From Gemmatimonadota bacterium (GTDB lineage Bacteria; Gemmatimonadota; Gemmatimonadetes; Palauibacterales; Palauibacteraceae), in contig OY762926.1 in the NCBI GenBank assembly GCA_963666735.1, forward strand, positions 160,001 to 224,000: DNA of 64,000 nucleotides. Direction: 5' to 3'. Position numbers and translations under genes: made by a program. Below are positions 30,634-41,764 of the stretch, one piece after another. Position 1 is the first letter of the stretch, and each line of letters starts with the position of its first letter. Below the pieces are notes generated by a model, which saw only the letters and a list, made by a program, of their open reading frames with translations, did not search any database and was not told where the DNA came from.

Positions 30634-30887
30634 TTGGGTCCCCCTTCCCCGTGAACAGGCGTACATTCCATGCAACCCCCGCACCGGGACATCCAGTTTC
30701 GACCGGCCGGTGATCGCGTTCGCTCGCACGGAGGGCGGGTGCCGCCGAGGAGAGAAAACATACCGTACGTCGCCCGCCGAATGCGAACATGGCGCGCTAC
30801 CAGCGCGGCCTCGTGGCCGGGTACGTTATCGTACGGGGTTCCCGCGCAGCGCGGGCGCAGCGTACCAGAGGCCAACTCACGACCCAC

Positions 30888-33494
30888 ATGACCGCACCCA
30901 ACCTGAACTGGATCGCCAACTACATCTGGGGCATCGCGGACGACGTGCTCCGCGATGTCTACGTGCGCGGCAAGTACCGGGATGTGATCCTGCCGATGAC
31001 CGTGCTCAGACGGCTGGACGCCGTGCTGGAGCCCACCAAGCAGGCCGTCCTCGACATGAAGTCCACGCTGGACGCCGCCGGAGTCACGAACCAGGACGCC
31101 GCGCTCCGGCAGGCTGCCGGGCAGGCCTTCCACAACACCTCGACGTTCACACTTCGCGATCTCCGGGCGAGAGCCAGCAGACAGCAACTCAGGGCCGACT
31201 TCGAGGACTACCTCGACGGGTTCTCGCCCAACGTGCAGGACATCCTCGTCAACTTCGAGTTCCGCAACCAGATCCCGCGCCTGGACAGGGCCGACGCCCT
31301 GGGTTCGCTGATCGAGAAGCTGACCTCGCCCGACATCAACCTGGGTCCCGATCCGGTGGTGGACACGGACGGCGCGATCCGGCACCCCGGCCTCGACAAC
31401 CACGGCATGGGCACGGTCTTCGAGGAACTGATCCGGCGCTTCAACGAAGAGAACAACGAGGAGGCGGGCGAGCACTTCACGCCGCGCGACGCCGTGACGC
31501 TCATGGCGAAGCTCGTGTTCCAGCCCATCGCCGACCGGATCGAGTCCGGCACCTACCTGCTCTACGACGGCGCCTGCGGGACCGGCGGCATGCTGACCGT
31601 GGCGGAGGAGGTGCTGCACGGGTTCGCGGAGGAGCGCGGCAAGCAGGTGTCCACGCACCTGTACGGGCAGGAGATCAACGCCGAGACCTACGCGATCTGC
31701 AAGGCCGACCTGCTGCTCAAGGGCGAGGGCGAGGCCGCCGACAACATCGTGGGCGGCCCGGAGCACTCGACGCTCTCGAACGATGCGTTTCCGACGCGCG
31801 AGTTCGACTTCATGCTCTCGAACCCCCCGTACGGCAAGAGTTGGAAGACCGACCTCCAGCGGATGGGCGGCAAGAAGGGGATGACCGATCACCGCTTCCT
31901 GATCGAGCACGCGGGCGACCCCGAGTACTCGCTGGTCACCCGTTCGAGCGACGGCCAGATGCTCTTTCTGGCCAGCAAGCTGTCGAAGATGAAGCGGGAC
32001 ACCCGGCTCGGCAGCCGGATCGCCGAGGTCCACAACGGAAGCTCGCTGTTCACCGGATCGGCGGGTCAGGGCGAGAGCAACATCCGGCGGTGGATCATCG
32101 AGAACGACTGGCTGGAGGCCATCGTTGCCCTGCCGCTCAACATGTTCTACAACACCGGCATCGCCACCTACGTCTGGGTGCTCACGAACCGCAAGCCCGA
32201 GCACCGGCGGGGCAAGGTGCAGCTGATTGACGCGACCCGGTGGTTTCGACCGCTCAGGAAGAACCTGGGGAAGAAGAACTGCGAACTCGGGCCGGAGGAC
32301 ATCGAGCGGATCTGCCGGACGTTCCTCAACTTCGAGGAGACGGAGGAGAGCCGGGTCTTCGACAACGAGGCGTTCGGATACTGGAGGGTGACGGTCGAGC
32401 GGCCGCTACGGCTCAGGGTGGACCTGTCGACCGAGCGCCGCGCCGGGTTCTCCGTGGCGTGTCGTGATGCCGGGGAGGAGCCGCTCGCGAACGCCGTCGC
32501 GCGGGCGGCCAAGACACTCGGCTCAGGGCCTCACTTCAACTCCAACATTTTTCTTGAGGCACTCAAGGCCGATATGTCCGGTCGTCGCGCGAAGCTCACG
32601 GCCAAGCGCAAGAAGCTGTTGCAGACCGTGCTGGCCGAGCGGGACGAGGCGGCGGAGCCGGTGGTCAAGAGGGTCCACCGGCGAGGCACCGCGCCTGACC
32701 CGATCCGGGGACTGTTCGAGTCTCGCGACGGCTCGAAGACTCGCGTCGTCGAGTACGAACCTGACACGGCGCTGAGGGACACCGAGCAGATCCCGCTCAC
32801 GGAAGAGGGCGGAATTGAAGGGTTCCTGCGGCGCGAAGTGCTTCCCTACGCCGGGGATGCGTGGTACGTCGCGACGAGCGTGAAGATCGGCTACGAGATC
32901 AGCTTCAACCGGTACTTCCACAAGCCCGAGCCGATGCGGACACTCGCTGAGATCGGGGACGAGATTCTGGCGGTCGAGCGAGAGACGGAGGGGCTGCTGG
33001 GGGAATTGCTGGGACGCGCGAGGAGTCTCGTTCCCACCAAGCCCCGCGTCTACGTCGACACATCAGTAATCGGAGGCTGCGAGGATGCGGAGTTCCGTGA
33101 ACCCTCTCGTCGGCTGATCGAGCGATGTCAAGACGGGGAAGTGACGCTCGTGGTTTCGGCTGTCACGGCGGGCGAGCTGCGGCAGGCTCCTTCCCCCGTG
33201 CGTCGGGTGCTGCCGTCCATCGGCCCGGAACACTTGGAGAGGGTGGAGGTCACGCGCGAAGTCGAGACTCTGGCGAACGGGTATATTGAGAGCGGAGCGC
33301 TTGGCGAGGGGATGCGCGCCGACGCCCTGCACATTGCTGCCGCGACTGTGGCCGAGGTGGACGTGCTGGCAAGCTGGAACTTCCGGCACATGGTGAACCT
33401 GCGCCGGATCCGTCAATACAACGAGGTGAACCGGATGTTGGGCTACCCTCCGGTGGACATTCGCACCCCCAGGGAGCTTGAAGATGACGAGTGA
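30888..33494 (+). CDS. hsdM: Type I R-M methyltransferase HsdM with in-frame C-terminal PIN (VapC-like) domain
   Basis: IWGIADDVLRD, AGEHFTPRD, YDGACGTGGML, NPPY, GYEISFNRYF; then RVYVDTSV..EL..DALHIA..SWNFRH from ~33042 with no stop in between. Confidence 0.92.
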   Translation: MTAPNLNWIANYIWGIADDVLRDVYVRGKYRDVILPMTVLRRLDAVLEPTKQAVLDMKSTLDAAGVTNQDAALRQAAGQAFHNTSTFTLRDLRARASRQQLRADFEDYLDGFSPNVQDILVNFEFRNQIPRLDRADALGSLIEKLTSPDINLGPDPVVDTDGAIRHPGLDNHGMGTVFEELIRRFNEENNEEAGEHFTPRDAVTLMAKLVFQPIADRIESGTYLLYDGACGTGGMLTVAEEVLHGFAEERGKQVSTHLYGQEINAETYAICKADLLLKGEGEAADNIVGGPEHSTLSNDAFPTREFDFMLSNPPYGKSWKTDLQRMGGKKGMTDHRFLIEHAGDPEYSLVTRSSDGQMLFLASKLSKMKRDTRLGSRIAEVHNGSSLFTGSAGQGESNIRRWIIENDWLEAIVALPLNMFYNTGIATYVWVLTNRKPEHRRGKVQLIDATRWFRPLRKNLGKKNCELGPEDIERICRTFLNFEETEESRVFDNEAFGYWRVTVERPLRLRVDLSTERRAGFSVACRDAGEEPLANAVARAAKTLGSGPHFNSNIFLEALKADMSGRRAKLTAKRKKLLQTVLAERDEAAEPVVKRVHRRGTAPDPIRGLFESRDGSKTRVVEYEPDTALRDTEQIPLTEEGGIEGFLRREVLPYAGDAWYVATSVKIGYEISFNRYFHKPEPMRTLAEIGDEILAVERETEGLLGELLGRARSLVPTKPRVYVDTSVIGGCEDAEFREPSRRLIERCQDGEVTLVVSAVTAGELRQAPSPVRRVLPSIGPEHLERVEVTREVETLANGYIESGALGEGMRADALHIAAATVAEVDVLASWNFRHMVNLRRIRQYNEVNRMLGYPPVDIRTPRELEDDE

Positions 33495-33738
33495 GACCGA
33501 ACGGAAGCCGTTCGACTGCGTGAAGTCGATGCGCGAGATCAGGAATCGAATCAGCGGCGAGATCGCCGACATGTCGTATGCCGAGCTTTCGCGATGGCTC
33601 GAAAGGCGGGTGCGCGAGGACTCCTTCTTCGCACGCATCCCGAAAGCCCGGAACCCATCACGACCGGCTGGGGGGCGAGGTGGGATGCGTGAGCCCGGTT
33701 CTTCGAGCGCAGCAATTGGAGACGGACCCCAAGGCTGA
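33484..33738 (+). CDS. Small protein typical of partners found downstream of PIN toxins (putative antitoxin)
   Basis: [28 protein letters not shown]; overlaps the HsdM-PIN stop. Confidence 0.65.
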   Translation: MTSETERKPFDCVKSMREIRNRISGEIADMSYAELSRWLERRVREDSFFARIPKARNPSRPAGGRGGMREPGSSSAAIGDGPQG

Positions 33739-35537
33739 TGGCAACCCAGCGCTATTCGGTAACTCCACACCCGATCGAATCCCTGCTGACCTGGGTGAAG
33801 TCGGGCGCAATCGCGATCCCTGAAATACAGCGCCCCTTCGTCTGGCCCGCGGTCAAGGTGCGCAATCTGCTTGACTCCCTCTACAACGGCTACCCGGTTG
33901 GCTATCTGATCTCCTGGCGCAACCCGACGATCAAGCTGAAGGACGGAAGCTTGTCCTCCGGGAAGCGTATCCTGATCGACGGGCAGCAACGCGTCACGGC
34001 GCTGATGGCAGCGCTGCTGGGGCACGAGGTGCTGACCAAGGACTACCGCACGGTTCGGATCCGAATCGCCTTTCATCCGCAGCATGAGCGCTTCGAGGTC
34101 CGCAACCCGGCCATCGCCAAGGACGGAGCCTGGATCGACGACATCGCCAAGATTTTCCACCCGGACGCCGACCTCTTCGAGTTCATGGACGACTACGCGT
34201 CGCGCAATCCGGGTGTTGATCGCAGGGTCGTCGGCAAGACGCTCCAGAGAGTCGGTAAGATCGTCAACAACCATGTCGGGGTCATCGAGTTGGCCGAGGA
34301 TCTCGACATCGAGACCGTCACCGAAATCTTCATCCGCGTCAACTCCGAGGGCACGCCGCTTTCCCAAGCCGATTTTGCCATGTCGAAGATCGCCGTCAAC
34401 GAGTCCTACGGCGGCAACCTACTGCGCAAGGCCATCGATTACTTCTGTCACCTCGCGGTGGCGCCGGAGTTCTTCTCGAAGATCGAGAAGGGAGACCCGG
34501 ATTTCACGGCTTCGCCGTTCTGGCCGAGAATGACGTGGCTCAAGGGTGTGAACGACGACCTCTACGATCCCACCTACACGGACATGCTGCGAGTGGCGTT
34601 CACCTCGAAGTTCGAGCGCGGCAGGTTGCAGGATCTGGTCGCGCTTCTCTCCGGGCGGAACTTCGAGACGCGCGAATACGAGGAGGTCATCGCCGAGGAC
34701 GCCTTCGCCCGTTTGCAGGAGGGCGTTCACGCCTTCATGAAGAAGACCCACTTCGACCGGCTGACCATGATCCTGCGCTCCTCGGGGTTCCTTACGTCGC
34801 GCATGATCCGCAGCCAGAACGCGGTCAACTTCGCGTTCATCCTGTACCTGCGGGGCCGCGACGAGCGGCTCGACGCCCATGAGCTCGAACGCCTCGTGCG
34901 GCGCTGGTACGTCATGTCGATCCTGACACGGCGTTACTCGGGAAGTCCCGAAACCGCGTTCGACCGTGACATCCGCCAGATCGCTGCGCAAGGACTGCGG
35001 CCATACGCCGAATCCGTCATTGAGAACGAACTGCCCGGCAGCTATTGGACGGGCATGTTGCCCCAACTCATGGACACATCGTTCTCGACGAGCCCCTACT
35101 TCATCGCATACCAAGCGGCCCAGGCCTACTTGGGCGACAAGGGATTCCTCTCCACCACAATCCGCGTGAGCGATCTTCTGCTCAATCGGGGTGATCGCCA
35201 TCACGTGTTCCCGCGCAAGAATCTGAAGGACAAGGGGCTCACGCGCGGGCGCTACAACCAAATCGCGAACTACGTGATCGCCCAGAGCGAGATCAACATC
35301 GCCATTGGCGACACTCCACCGGAGACCTACTTCGCAAGACTCGCCGAGCAGGTGAGCGGTGGGAAGAGGCGATATGGCGGAATCGTTGATCGCGCCGAGT
35401 TGGAGGAGAACCTCGCCAAGAATTGCGTCCCGCTGAGCCTGCTCGACGGGGAGATTCCCGACTACGACGACTTTCTGGCCGCCCGCCGTAAGCTGATGGC
35501 ACTGAGGATCAGGGCTTGGTTCGAGGCGCTGTCGTGA
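33738..35537 (+). CDS. DUF262 (GmrS) plus C-terminal HNH-like domain; GmrSD-type modification-dependent nuclease
   Basis: [33 protein letters not shown]...NQIAN. Confidence 0.85.
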   Translation: MATQRYSVTPHPIESLLTWVKSGAIAIPEIQRPFVWPAVKVRNLLDSLYNGYPVGYLISWRNPTIKLKDGSLSSGKRILIDGQQRVTALMAALLGHEVLTKDYRTVRIRIAFHPQHERFEVRNPAIAKDGAWIDDIAKIFHPDADLFEFMDDYASRNPGVDRRVVGKTLQRVGKIVNNHVGVIELAEDLDIETVTEIFIRVNSEGTPLSQADFAMSKIAVNESYGGNLLRKAIDYFCHLAVAPEFFSKIEKGDPDFTASPFWPRMTWLKGVNDDLYDPTYTDMLRVAFTSKFERGRLQDLVALLSGRNFETREYEEVIAEDAFARLQEGVHAFMKKTHFDRLTMILRSSGFLTSRMIRSQNAVNFAFILYLRGRDERLDAHELERLVRRWYVMSILTRRYSGSPETAFDRDIRQIAAQGLRPYAESVIENELPGSYWTGMLPQLMDTSFSTSPYFIAYQAAQAYLGDKGFLSTTIRVSDLLLNRGDRHHVFPRKNLKDKGLTRGRYNQIANYVIAQSEINIAIGDTPPETYFARLAEQVSGGKRRYGGIVDRAELEENLAKNCVPLSLLDGEIPDYDDFLAARRKLMALRIRAWFEALS

Positions 35538-37003
35538 GAGGTCATCTTCGGCCATACCCCGAGATGCGAGACTCGGGGATGGAGTTGCTGGGGAAGGTGC
35601 CCGAGCACTGGGAGGTGCGGCGGCTGAAGTACGCGGTGTCCTTCACGGGAGGCGGTACTCCTTCGAAGACCAATGCTTCGTTCTGGAGGGGTCGGATACC
35701 TTGGGTATCGCCTAAGGATATGACCCGCAACCGACTCAGCGATACCGCCGACCACATTACCGAAGCTGCTGTGGCAGCGAGTGCGGCAAGCATCGTTGCG
35801 GCTGGTGCCGTGCTTGTAGTCGTCAGGTCTGGGATCCTGCGCAGGAAGATTCCAGTGGCGATCAACACGGTGCCGATGGCCGTCAACCAAGACATGAAGG
35901 CCATGCGTCCTCGGAAGGGGATCATGAGTGAGTATCTTCGCGGGTTGATCCAAGGCAACCAGTCGTTCTGGCTGAGCGAGTGGACGAAGCAAGGCGCTAC
36001 GGTGGAGAGCATTGAGCATCGCCTGCTGGCCAACTCGCGAATACCGATCCCTCCACCCTCCGAGCAGACCGCTATCGCCCGTTTCCTGGACGCCGCCGAC
36101 CGGCGCATCCGGCGCTACATCCGTGCGAAGGAGCGGCTGGTCGAGCTATTGGAGGAGCGGAAGCGGGCGCTGATCCACGAGGCCGTTACGGGCCGGATCG
36201 ATGTCCGAACCAGCCAGCCCTATCCGGCCCACAAGGACTCCGGCGTCGAGTGGCTGGGGAAGGTGCCGGAGCATTGGGTGCGATGTCGATTGAGGAACGT
36301 CGTGTCCGAGGTGACGACGGGTTCTCGGGGCTGGTCATCATATGCTGCGGACGACGGACCTCTGTTCGTGCGCGTCGCCAACCTGAGTCGTGGCTCACTT
36401 GAGTTGCGGTTGGAAGATGCTGTGCGACTCGATCTGCCAGCAACCTCTGAAGCAGCCCGAACGCGGATCGCCGAAGGTGATCTACTGCTTTCGGTAACAG
36501 CCTATATCGGATCGGTGGGAGTCGCCCCGGAAGGATTGGGAGAAGCTTATGTGAGCCAACATGTGGCGCGCTGTAGACCGTCCCCTGCGGTCGCCTCCAA
36601 GTGGCTCGGGTACGTGCTTCTCTCGTCGCTGGGGCAGACCTATGGTCAAACGCGGCTGTACGGCGGCACGAAGGACGGGTTATCACTTGACGATGTGCGG
36701 AACTATCCGATTCTGTTACCGTCCCGGGGCGAGCAGCGCGGGTTGGTGCGATGGATTGAGCGACGACTATCCCTGCTCGGAGAGCTGCGGGACGCAACCG
36801 AAAGCCAGATCGAACTCCTCCGCGAGTACCGTACCCGCTTGATCGCCGATGTCGTGACGGGCAAGCTCGATGTGCGCGAGGCGTCGGCGAGGCTACCGGG
36901 GGCGGACCCGCTCGCTGGCGACCGCGACCGAACCGACACCATCCCCACCGAATCGAACCTACATTCAACCGCACACGACACGTTGAAGGAGGCCGTACCA
37001 TGA
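35534..37003 (+). CDS. hsdS: Type I R-M specificity subunit
   Basis: Two TRDs with [12 protein letters not shown] repeats, [26 protein letters not shown]. Confidence 0.93.
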   Translation: MRGHLRPYPEMRDSGMELLGKVPEHWEVRRLKYAVSFTGGGTPSKTNASFWRGRIPWVSPKDMTRNRLSDTADHITEAAVAASAASIVAAGAVLVVVRSGILRRKIPVAINTVPMAVNQDMKAMRPRKGIMSEYLRGLIQGNQSFWLSEWTKQGATVESIEHRLLANSRIPIPPPSEQTAIARFLDAADRRIRRYIRAKERLVELLEERKRALIHEAVTGRIDVRTSQPYPAHKDSGVEWLGKVPEHWVRCRLRNVVSEVTTGSRGWSSYAADDGPLFVRVANLSRGSLELRLEDAVRLDLPATSEAARTRIAEGDLLLSVTAYIGSVGVAPEGLGEAYVSQHVARCRPSPAVASKWLGYVLLSSLGQTYGQTRLYGGTKDGLSLDDVRNYPILLPSRGEQRGLVRWIERRLSLLGELRDATESQIELLREYRTRLIADVVTGKLDVREASARLPGADPLAGDRDRTDTIPTESNLHSTAHDTLKEAVP

Positions 37004-37227
37004 CGAACTGGAACGAGTGCCCAGCCGTCGAGCGGACACCGGGCAGGGTGAGCGGAGCCTGGGTCTTTTCGGGCACACGGATTCCGCTCTTCGCGCTCTA
37101 CGAGAACCTGGCCAGCGGGGCCACCGTCGAAGAGTTCGTCGAGTGGTTTCCGGGGGTCGAGGAACGGCAGGTGAGAGCGGTACTCGAACACGAGGCGAAG
37201 ACGCTGAGAACGGCGTTGGCCTTTTGA
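37000..37227 (+). CDS. DUF433 antitoxin-like protein
   Basis: PGRVSGAWVFSGTRIP..LFALYENLASGATVEEF. Confidence 0.9.
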   Translation: MTNWNECPAVERTPGRVSGAWVFSGTRIPLFALYENLASGATVEEFVEWFPGVEERQVRAVLEHEAKTLRTALAF

Positions 37228-37553
37228 AGCTGCTGTTCGACCAGGGCACGCCCGCGCCGTTGCGGAGACGCCTGCCCGGACACTCCGTGGACACGTTGGC
37301 CGAGAAGGGCTGGTCCGAGAAGAGCAACGGCGAGTTGCTCGATCTGGCGGAGCGAGAGGGATACACGGTTCTGGTGACGACCGACCAGAGCTTGGCCCAC
37401 CAACAGAACCTGCCTCGGTGGCGAGTCGGGCTCGTCGTTTTGCTGTCCACGGACTGGTCTCAGGTTCGCCTGCGCACCGAAGAGATCGCCGAGGCCATCG
37501 AGGCGGTGCGTCCGGGCCAAGCCGTCGAAGTGCCGATCCCACATCGCGGCTGA
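37224..37553 (+). CDS. DUF5615 PIN-like toxin
   Basis: KLLFDQG, GW..KSNGELL..AE, VLVTTDQSL..QQNL; TTG start overlapping the DUF433 stop. Confidence 0.88.
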   Translation: MKLLFDQGTPAPLRRRLPGHSVDTLAEKGWSEKSNGELLDLAEREGYTVLVTTDQSLAHQQNLPRWRVGLVVLLSTDWSQVRLRTEEIAEAIEAVRPGQAVEVPIPHRG

Positions 37554-37554
37554 C

Positions 37555-40554
37555 ATGACCACGGACACTTCCGAACGGGGCCTTGAACGCCTGATCTGCG
37601 AGGCGCTGACGGGCGACCCCTGCGATCCGCCGCCGCGCGGCACGGTTAGCGAACCCGCCCCCGGATACGGCGGCGTCGGCTGGTCTCCCGGCAACGGTCG
37701 CGACTACGACCGGGAGTACTGCGTCGATCTCGTCCAACTCCGGGCGTTCCTAGAGGGCACGCAACCCGAGTCCGCCGCCGCGCTCCGGCTCGCCGAGGAC
37801 CGCCCGACGCGCCGCAAGTTCCTGGCGCGGTTGCAGGGCGAGATCAACAAGCGCGGCACCATCGACGTGCTGTGCCACGGCGTCAGGCACGGTCCCCACC
37901 ACTTGGAGCTCTTCCACGGCACGCCATCGGCGGGCAACGAGACGGCCCGGAGGCTATTCGAGTTGAACCGCTTCACCGTCACCCGCCAGCTTCGCTACAG
38001 CCGGGACGAGACTCAGCGCGCGCTCGACATCGGACTGTTCATCAACGGCCTTCCCGTCTTCACTTTCGAACTCAAGAACAACCTCACGAAGCAGACGGTC
38101 CACGATGCCGTCGGGCAGTACAAAAAAGACCGCAACCCGCGGGAGCCGCTCTTTCGGCTCGGGCGCTGCGTGGCGCACTTCGCGGTGGATGAGAGCGAGG
38201 TCCGATTCTGCACCCACCTTGAGGGCAAGTCCTCGTGGTTCCTTCCCTTCAACCGTGGCTGGAACCAGGGCGCGGGCAACCCGCCCAACCCGGACGGCCT
38301 CAAGACCGAGTATCTGTGGCGCGAGGTGCTGCCCCGCGAGAGCCTGACCGACATCCTCGAGAACTACGCCCAGTTGCTGGCAGAGAAGGACACGAAGACC
38401 GGCAGGAAGAAGAGGAAGCAGGTTTGGCCCCGGTACCAGCAACTCGACGTGGTGCGCCGCCTTCTGGAGGACGCGGCGACGCACGGTGCCGGGAAGCGAT
38501 ACCTGATCCAGCACTCGGCGGGCAGCGGCAAGAGTTTCTCGATCGCGTGGCTCGCGCACCGGATGATCCCGCTCAAGAAGGACGGCAAGACCGTCTTCGA
38601 CTCGATCATTGTGGTCACAGACCGCCGGATCCTGGACAAACAAATCAAGGACACGATCCGGCAGTACCAGCAGGTGAAGGCCACCGTGGGGCACGCCGAG
38701 CGGTCGGGCGACCTGAGGAGGTTCATCGAGCAGGGGAAGCAGATCATCATCACGACGATCCAGAAGTTCCCCTTCATCCGCGACGAGATCGGGAGCGGGC
38801 ACCGCGACCGCGCCTTCGCGATCATTATCGACGAGGCGCATTCGAGCCAGGGCGGGAAGACCAGTTCGGCAGTGTCGGCTGTTCTGGGCGAGTCGGACGA
38901 CGTGGGCGAAGACGAACCGTACGACGAGAGGCTCCGGCGCCTGATGGCATCGCGCAAGCTGCTCCCCAACGCCAGCTACTTCGCCTTCACCGCGACGCCG
39001 AAGAACAAGACGCTGGAGCTCTTCGGCGAGCCGGACCCGCAGAGCGACGGCACGGTCCGGCACCTTCCGTTCCACACCTACAGCATGAAGCAGGCGATCC
39101 AGGAGGGGTTCATTCTGGACGTGCTCGAACACTACACGCCGGTCGAGAGCTACTACAGGCTCGCCAAGACGGTCGAGGAGGACCCGGAGTACGATGTCCG
39201 GAAGGCCGGGAAGAAGCTCCGGCGCTACGTTGAGAGCCACGAACACGCGATCCGGCTCAAGGCCGAGATCATGGTGGACCACTTCCACGAACAGGTGCTG
39301 GCGCAGCACAGGATCGGCGGCAAGGCGCGTGCGATGGTCGTCACGAATGGAATCGAGCGCGCGATCCAGTACTTCCACGCCATCCGCGACTACCTGAAGG
39401 AGCGCAAGAGTCCCCACGAGGCGCTCGTCGCGTTCTCGGGCAAGCACGAATACAAGGGAAGCCGGGTGAGCGAGGCCAGCCTGAATGGCCTGCCCTCGAA
39501 GAAGATCGCCGAGAGGTTCCGGGAGGACCCGCACCGGTTCCTCGTATGCGCGGACAAGTTCCAGACTGGCTACGACGAGCCTCTGCTGCACACGATGTAC
39601 GTGGACAAGACGCTTGCGGGGATCCGGGCGGTCCAGACGCTGTCACGGCTCAACCGGTCGCACCCGGAGAAGCGGGACGTGTTCGTGCTCGACTTCCTGA
39701 ACGACACGGAGACCATCACGAAGGCGTTTTCGGACTACTACAGGACCACGGTCCTGTCCGACGAGACCGACCCCAACCGGCTCCATGACTTGCAGGCCGA
39801 CCTCGACGGGGCGCAGGTCTACGCTCCCGATCTGGTCCGGGCGTTCGTGAAGCTGTACTTGGACGGCGCCGAGCGCGGACGGCTCGACCCCATCCTCGAC
39901 CGGTGCGTGGCGGCATACCTCGGGGACCTGGACGAGGACGAGCAGGTCCGGTTCAAGGGCAGCGCCAAGGCGTTCACACGCGCCTACGCGTTCCTGTCCT
40001 CGATCCTTCCCTACAACAACCTGGACTGGGAGGAGCGCTCGATCTTCCTGAACTTCCTGATCCCGAAGCTGCCCGCGCCGGAGGAGCCCGATCTGTCGAA
40101 GGGCATCCTCGAAAGGATCGACATGGACAGCTACCGCGTCGAGAAGCACAAGGTCCGGGAGATCATCCTTCAGGATGAGGACGCGGAGATCGACTCGATC
40201 AGGACGGGCGAGGGCGGAGGCAAGGGCGAGATCGAGACCGACCGGCTGTCGGCGATCATCGACGAGTTCAACGACCTGTTCGGCGGAATCGAGTGGGGGG
40301 ACCCCGACCGGGTCATCAGGACGGCCACGGAGGACATCCCCGCTGCGGTGGCGAAGGACGCTAGGTTCAAGAACGCGCGGCAGAACTCCGACAGGGAGAA
40401 CGCCCGCGTCGAATCCGACCAGGCGACGAAGCGGGCAGTAATCGGGATGGTGCGGGACAACACGCAACTCTACAAACTTTTCGCCGACAACCCGGACTTC
40501 AAGCGGTGGATGTCGGACATCGTGTTCCGGCTGGCCTACAAAGCGGCTGGCTGA
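37555..40554 (+). CDS. hsdR: Type I R-M restriction subunit
   Basis: D..LFINGLPVFTFELKN, QHSAGSGKS, DEAH, FTATPK, FQTGYDEP, QTLSRLNR. Confidence 0.95.
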   Translation: MTTDTSERGLERLICEALTGDPCDPPPRGTVSEPAPGYGGVGWSPGNGRDYDREYCVDLVQLRAFLEGTQPESAAALRLAEDRPTRRKFLARLQGEINKRGTIDVLCHGVRHGPHHLELFHGTPSAGNETARRLFELNRFTVTRQLRYSRDETQRALDIGLFINGLPVFTFELKNNLTKQTVHDAVGQYKKDRNPREPLFRLGRCVAHFAVDESEVRFCTHLEGKSSWFLPFNRGWNQGAGNPPNPDGLKTEYLWREVLPRESLTDILENYAQLLAEKDTKTGRKKRKQVWPRYQQLDVVRRLLEDAATHGAGKRYLIQHSAGSGKSFSIAWLAHRMIPLKKDGKTVFDSIIVVTDRRILDKQIKDTIRQYQQVKATVGHAERSGDLRRFIEQGKQIIITTIQKFPFIRDEIGSGHRDRAFAIIIDEAHSSQGGKTSSAVSAVLGESDDVGEDEPYDERLRRLMASRKLLPNASYFAFTATPKNKTLELFGEPDPQSDGTVRHLPFHTYSMKQAIQEGFILDVLEHYTPVESYYRLAKTVEEDPEYDVRKAGKKLRRYVESHEHAIRLKAEIMVDHFHEQVLAQHRIGGKARAMVVTNGIERAIQYFHAIRDYLKERKSPHEALVAFSGKHEYKGSRVSEASLNGLPSKKIAERFREDPHRFLVCADKFQTGYDEPLLHTMYVDKTLAGIRAVQTLSRLNRSHPEKRDVFVLDFLNDTETITKAFSDYYRTTVLSDETDPNRLHDLQADLDGAQVYAPDLVRAFVKLYLDGAERGRLDPILDRCVAAYLGDLDEDEQVRFKGSAKAFTRAYAFLSSILPYNNLDWEERSIFLNFLIPKLPAPEEPDLSKGILERIDMDSYRVEKHKVREIILQDEDAEIDSIRTGEGGGKGEIETDRLSAIIDEFNDLFGGIEWGDPDRVIRTATEDIPAAVAKDARFKNARQNSDRENARVESDQATKRAVIGMVRDNTQLYKLFADNPDFKRWMSDIVFRLAYKAAG

Positions 40555-41321
40555 GGAGCGCGGGCGGCCTGTCGAGACGTTACGGGGGTGTTTTCCCCGC
40601 CCCGTTGGCGACGACCGCCGTCGGCTACTCGACGTTATTGGACCTCCTCATACGTTATCGACCAATAGGAGATTCCGGGCGGGTTGACTTGCTGGCGGGT
40701 GGCTACTCAGCGTTCAAGGCATGGAGACGCGGAAGCACCGGTTCAGCACGCGGGTAGGCACTTCCCTCGGGGACCCCGACGCGCGGTCCCCGACAGCTTT
40801 GGTAATGAAGCCCCAGAACGTCTCGAACCTCTGGATGGACGGTAAGCGGGACGGACATCAAGGCGCGATTGGCGGCGCGTGGCCGGACCCCGATGCTGCA
40901 ACGCGTTGCCTCGGCGCGACGTGGGAAATTGGCCTATTTCCCACCCTCTTGCACGACTTGCCGACTCCATGTTCGCCTTCATGCCATGGAGATTGAGAGG
41001 AGGCGGTTCGCGGCGGTCGAGGGGAGGGTTCGGGCCGGATGCCATCCCCACGACGGACTTTCGCGCCGTCACGGCGCGGACGCCCGAGCCTGGCTGGCGG
41101 TCACTCGCCCGAGGGGACGCGAGAAGGCGCTGAAGCCCTTTGGCTGGCTGCATCGCCGGGACAGCACTGCCCGGCATCCGGGGACCGCCCGAGTCTAGCG
41201 GCATCCATGCCCGAAACCCTTGCCCGGCGCGGGCGCGGTGAGCCCGTGGAGGACGCCGATGCGGCGGGTTGAACCGGACCGTTCACGGGCGCGGCCCACG
41301 GGCTCGTTGGACGCTGCTATT

Positions 41322-41410
41322 TCAGACAAGCCAGCATACCCCTTGGGGCCACACTCCGTGAGTCCCCTGCGGAGGCTGGCGGGGGGCCTTGCCCCCTGTG
41401 ACCCCCGCAA
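41322..41410 (-). other. Candidate oriT (ColE1/MOBP5-like nic region)
   Basis: Minus strand CGGAGTGT...GGGTATGCTGGCTTG resembles the ColE1 nic region GGAGTGTATACTGGCTT; directly upstream of mobC. Confidence 0.5.
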
Positions 41411-41425
41411 CGGAAACGGCGCGCC

Positions 41426-41764
41426 ATGAGCGCCGGACGCGCCGTTTGGGTGAAGGTTCGCGCCAGCGAGGCGGAGCGTGCCGAGTGGCACGCCAAGGCG
41501 CGCGCCGCGGGCCTCACGCTGTCGGATCTGGTGCGCCGGTCGGTGGGCCGGACGCGCACATGGACCGTGGCGCACGCCGAGGTCGAGCGCGAGCGCAGCC
41601 GCCAAGTGGCGCGCGTCGGGAACAACCTCAACCAGATCGCTCGGTGGGCAAACACCCACCGGGGGGCCATCGAGGCGGTCGAGGTGATCGGCCACCTCGT
41701 CGCCATCAGGCGGGCGCTCGCGGCACTGTCCCCCGCCGAAGGCCCGGAGTGGGATGCTGATTAA
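41426..41764 (+). CDS. mobC: Relaxosome accessory protein MobC/MbeC
   Basis: RHH-like N-terminus, VARVGNNLNQIARWAN. Confidence 0.9.
   Translation: MSAGRAVWVKVRASEAERAEWHAKARAAGLTLSDLVRRSVGRTRTWTVAHAEVERERSRQVARVGNNLNQIARWANTHRGAIEAVEVIGHLVAIRRALAALSPAEGPEWDAD

Noticed and set aside
35534..37003. Phase-variable hsdS shufflon driven by the nearby recombinases
   Set aside because: Only one hsdS, with no silent TRD cassettes or flanking inverted repeats seen.
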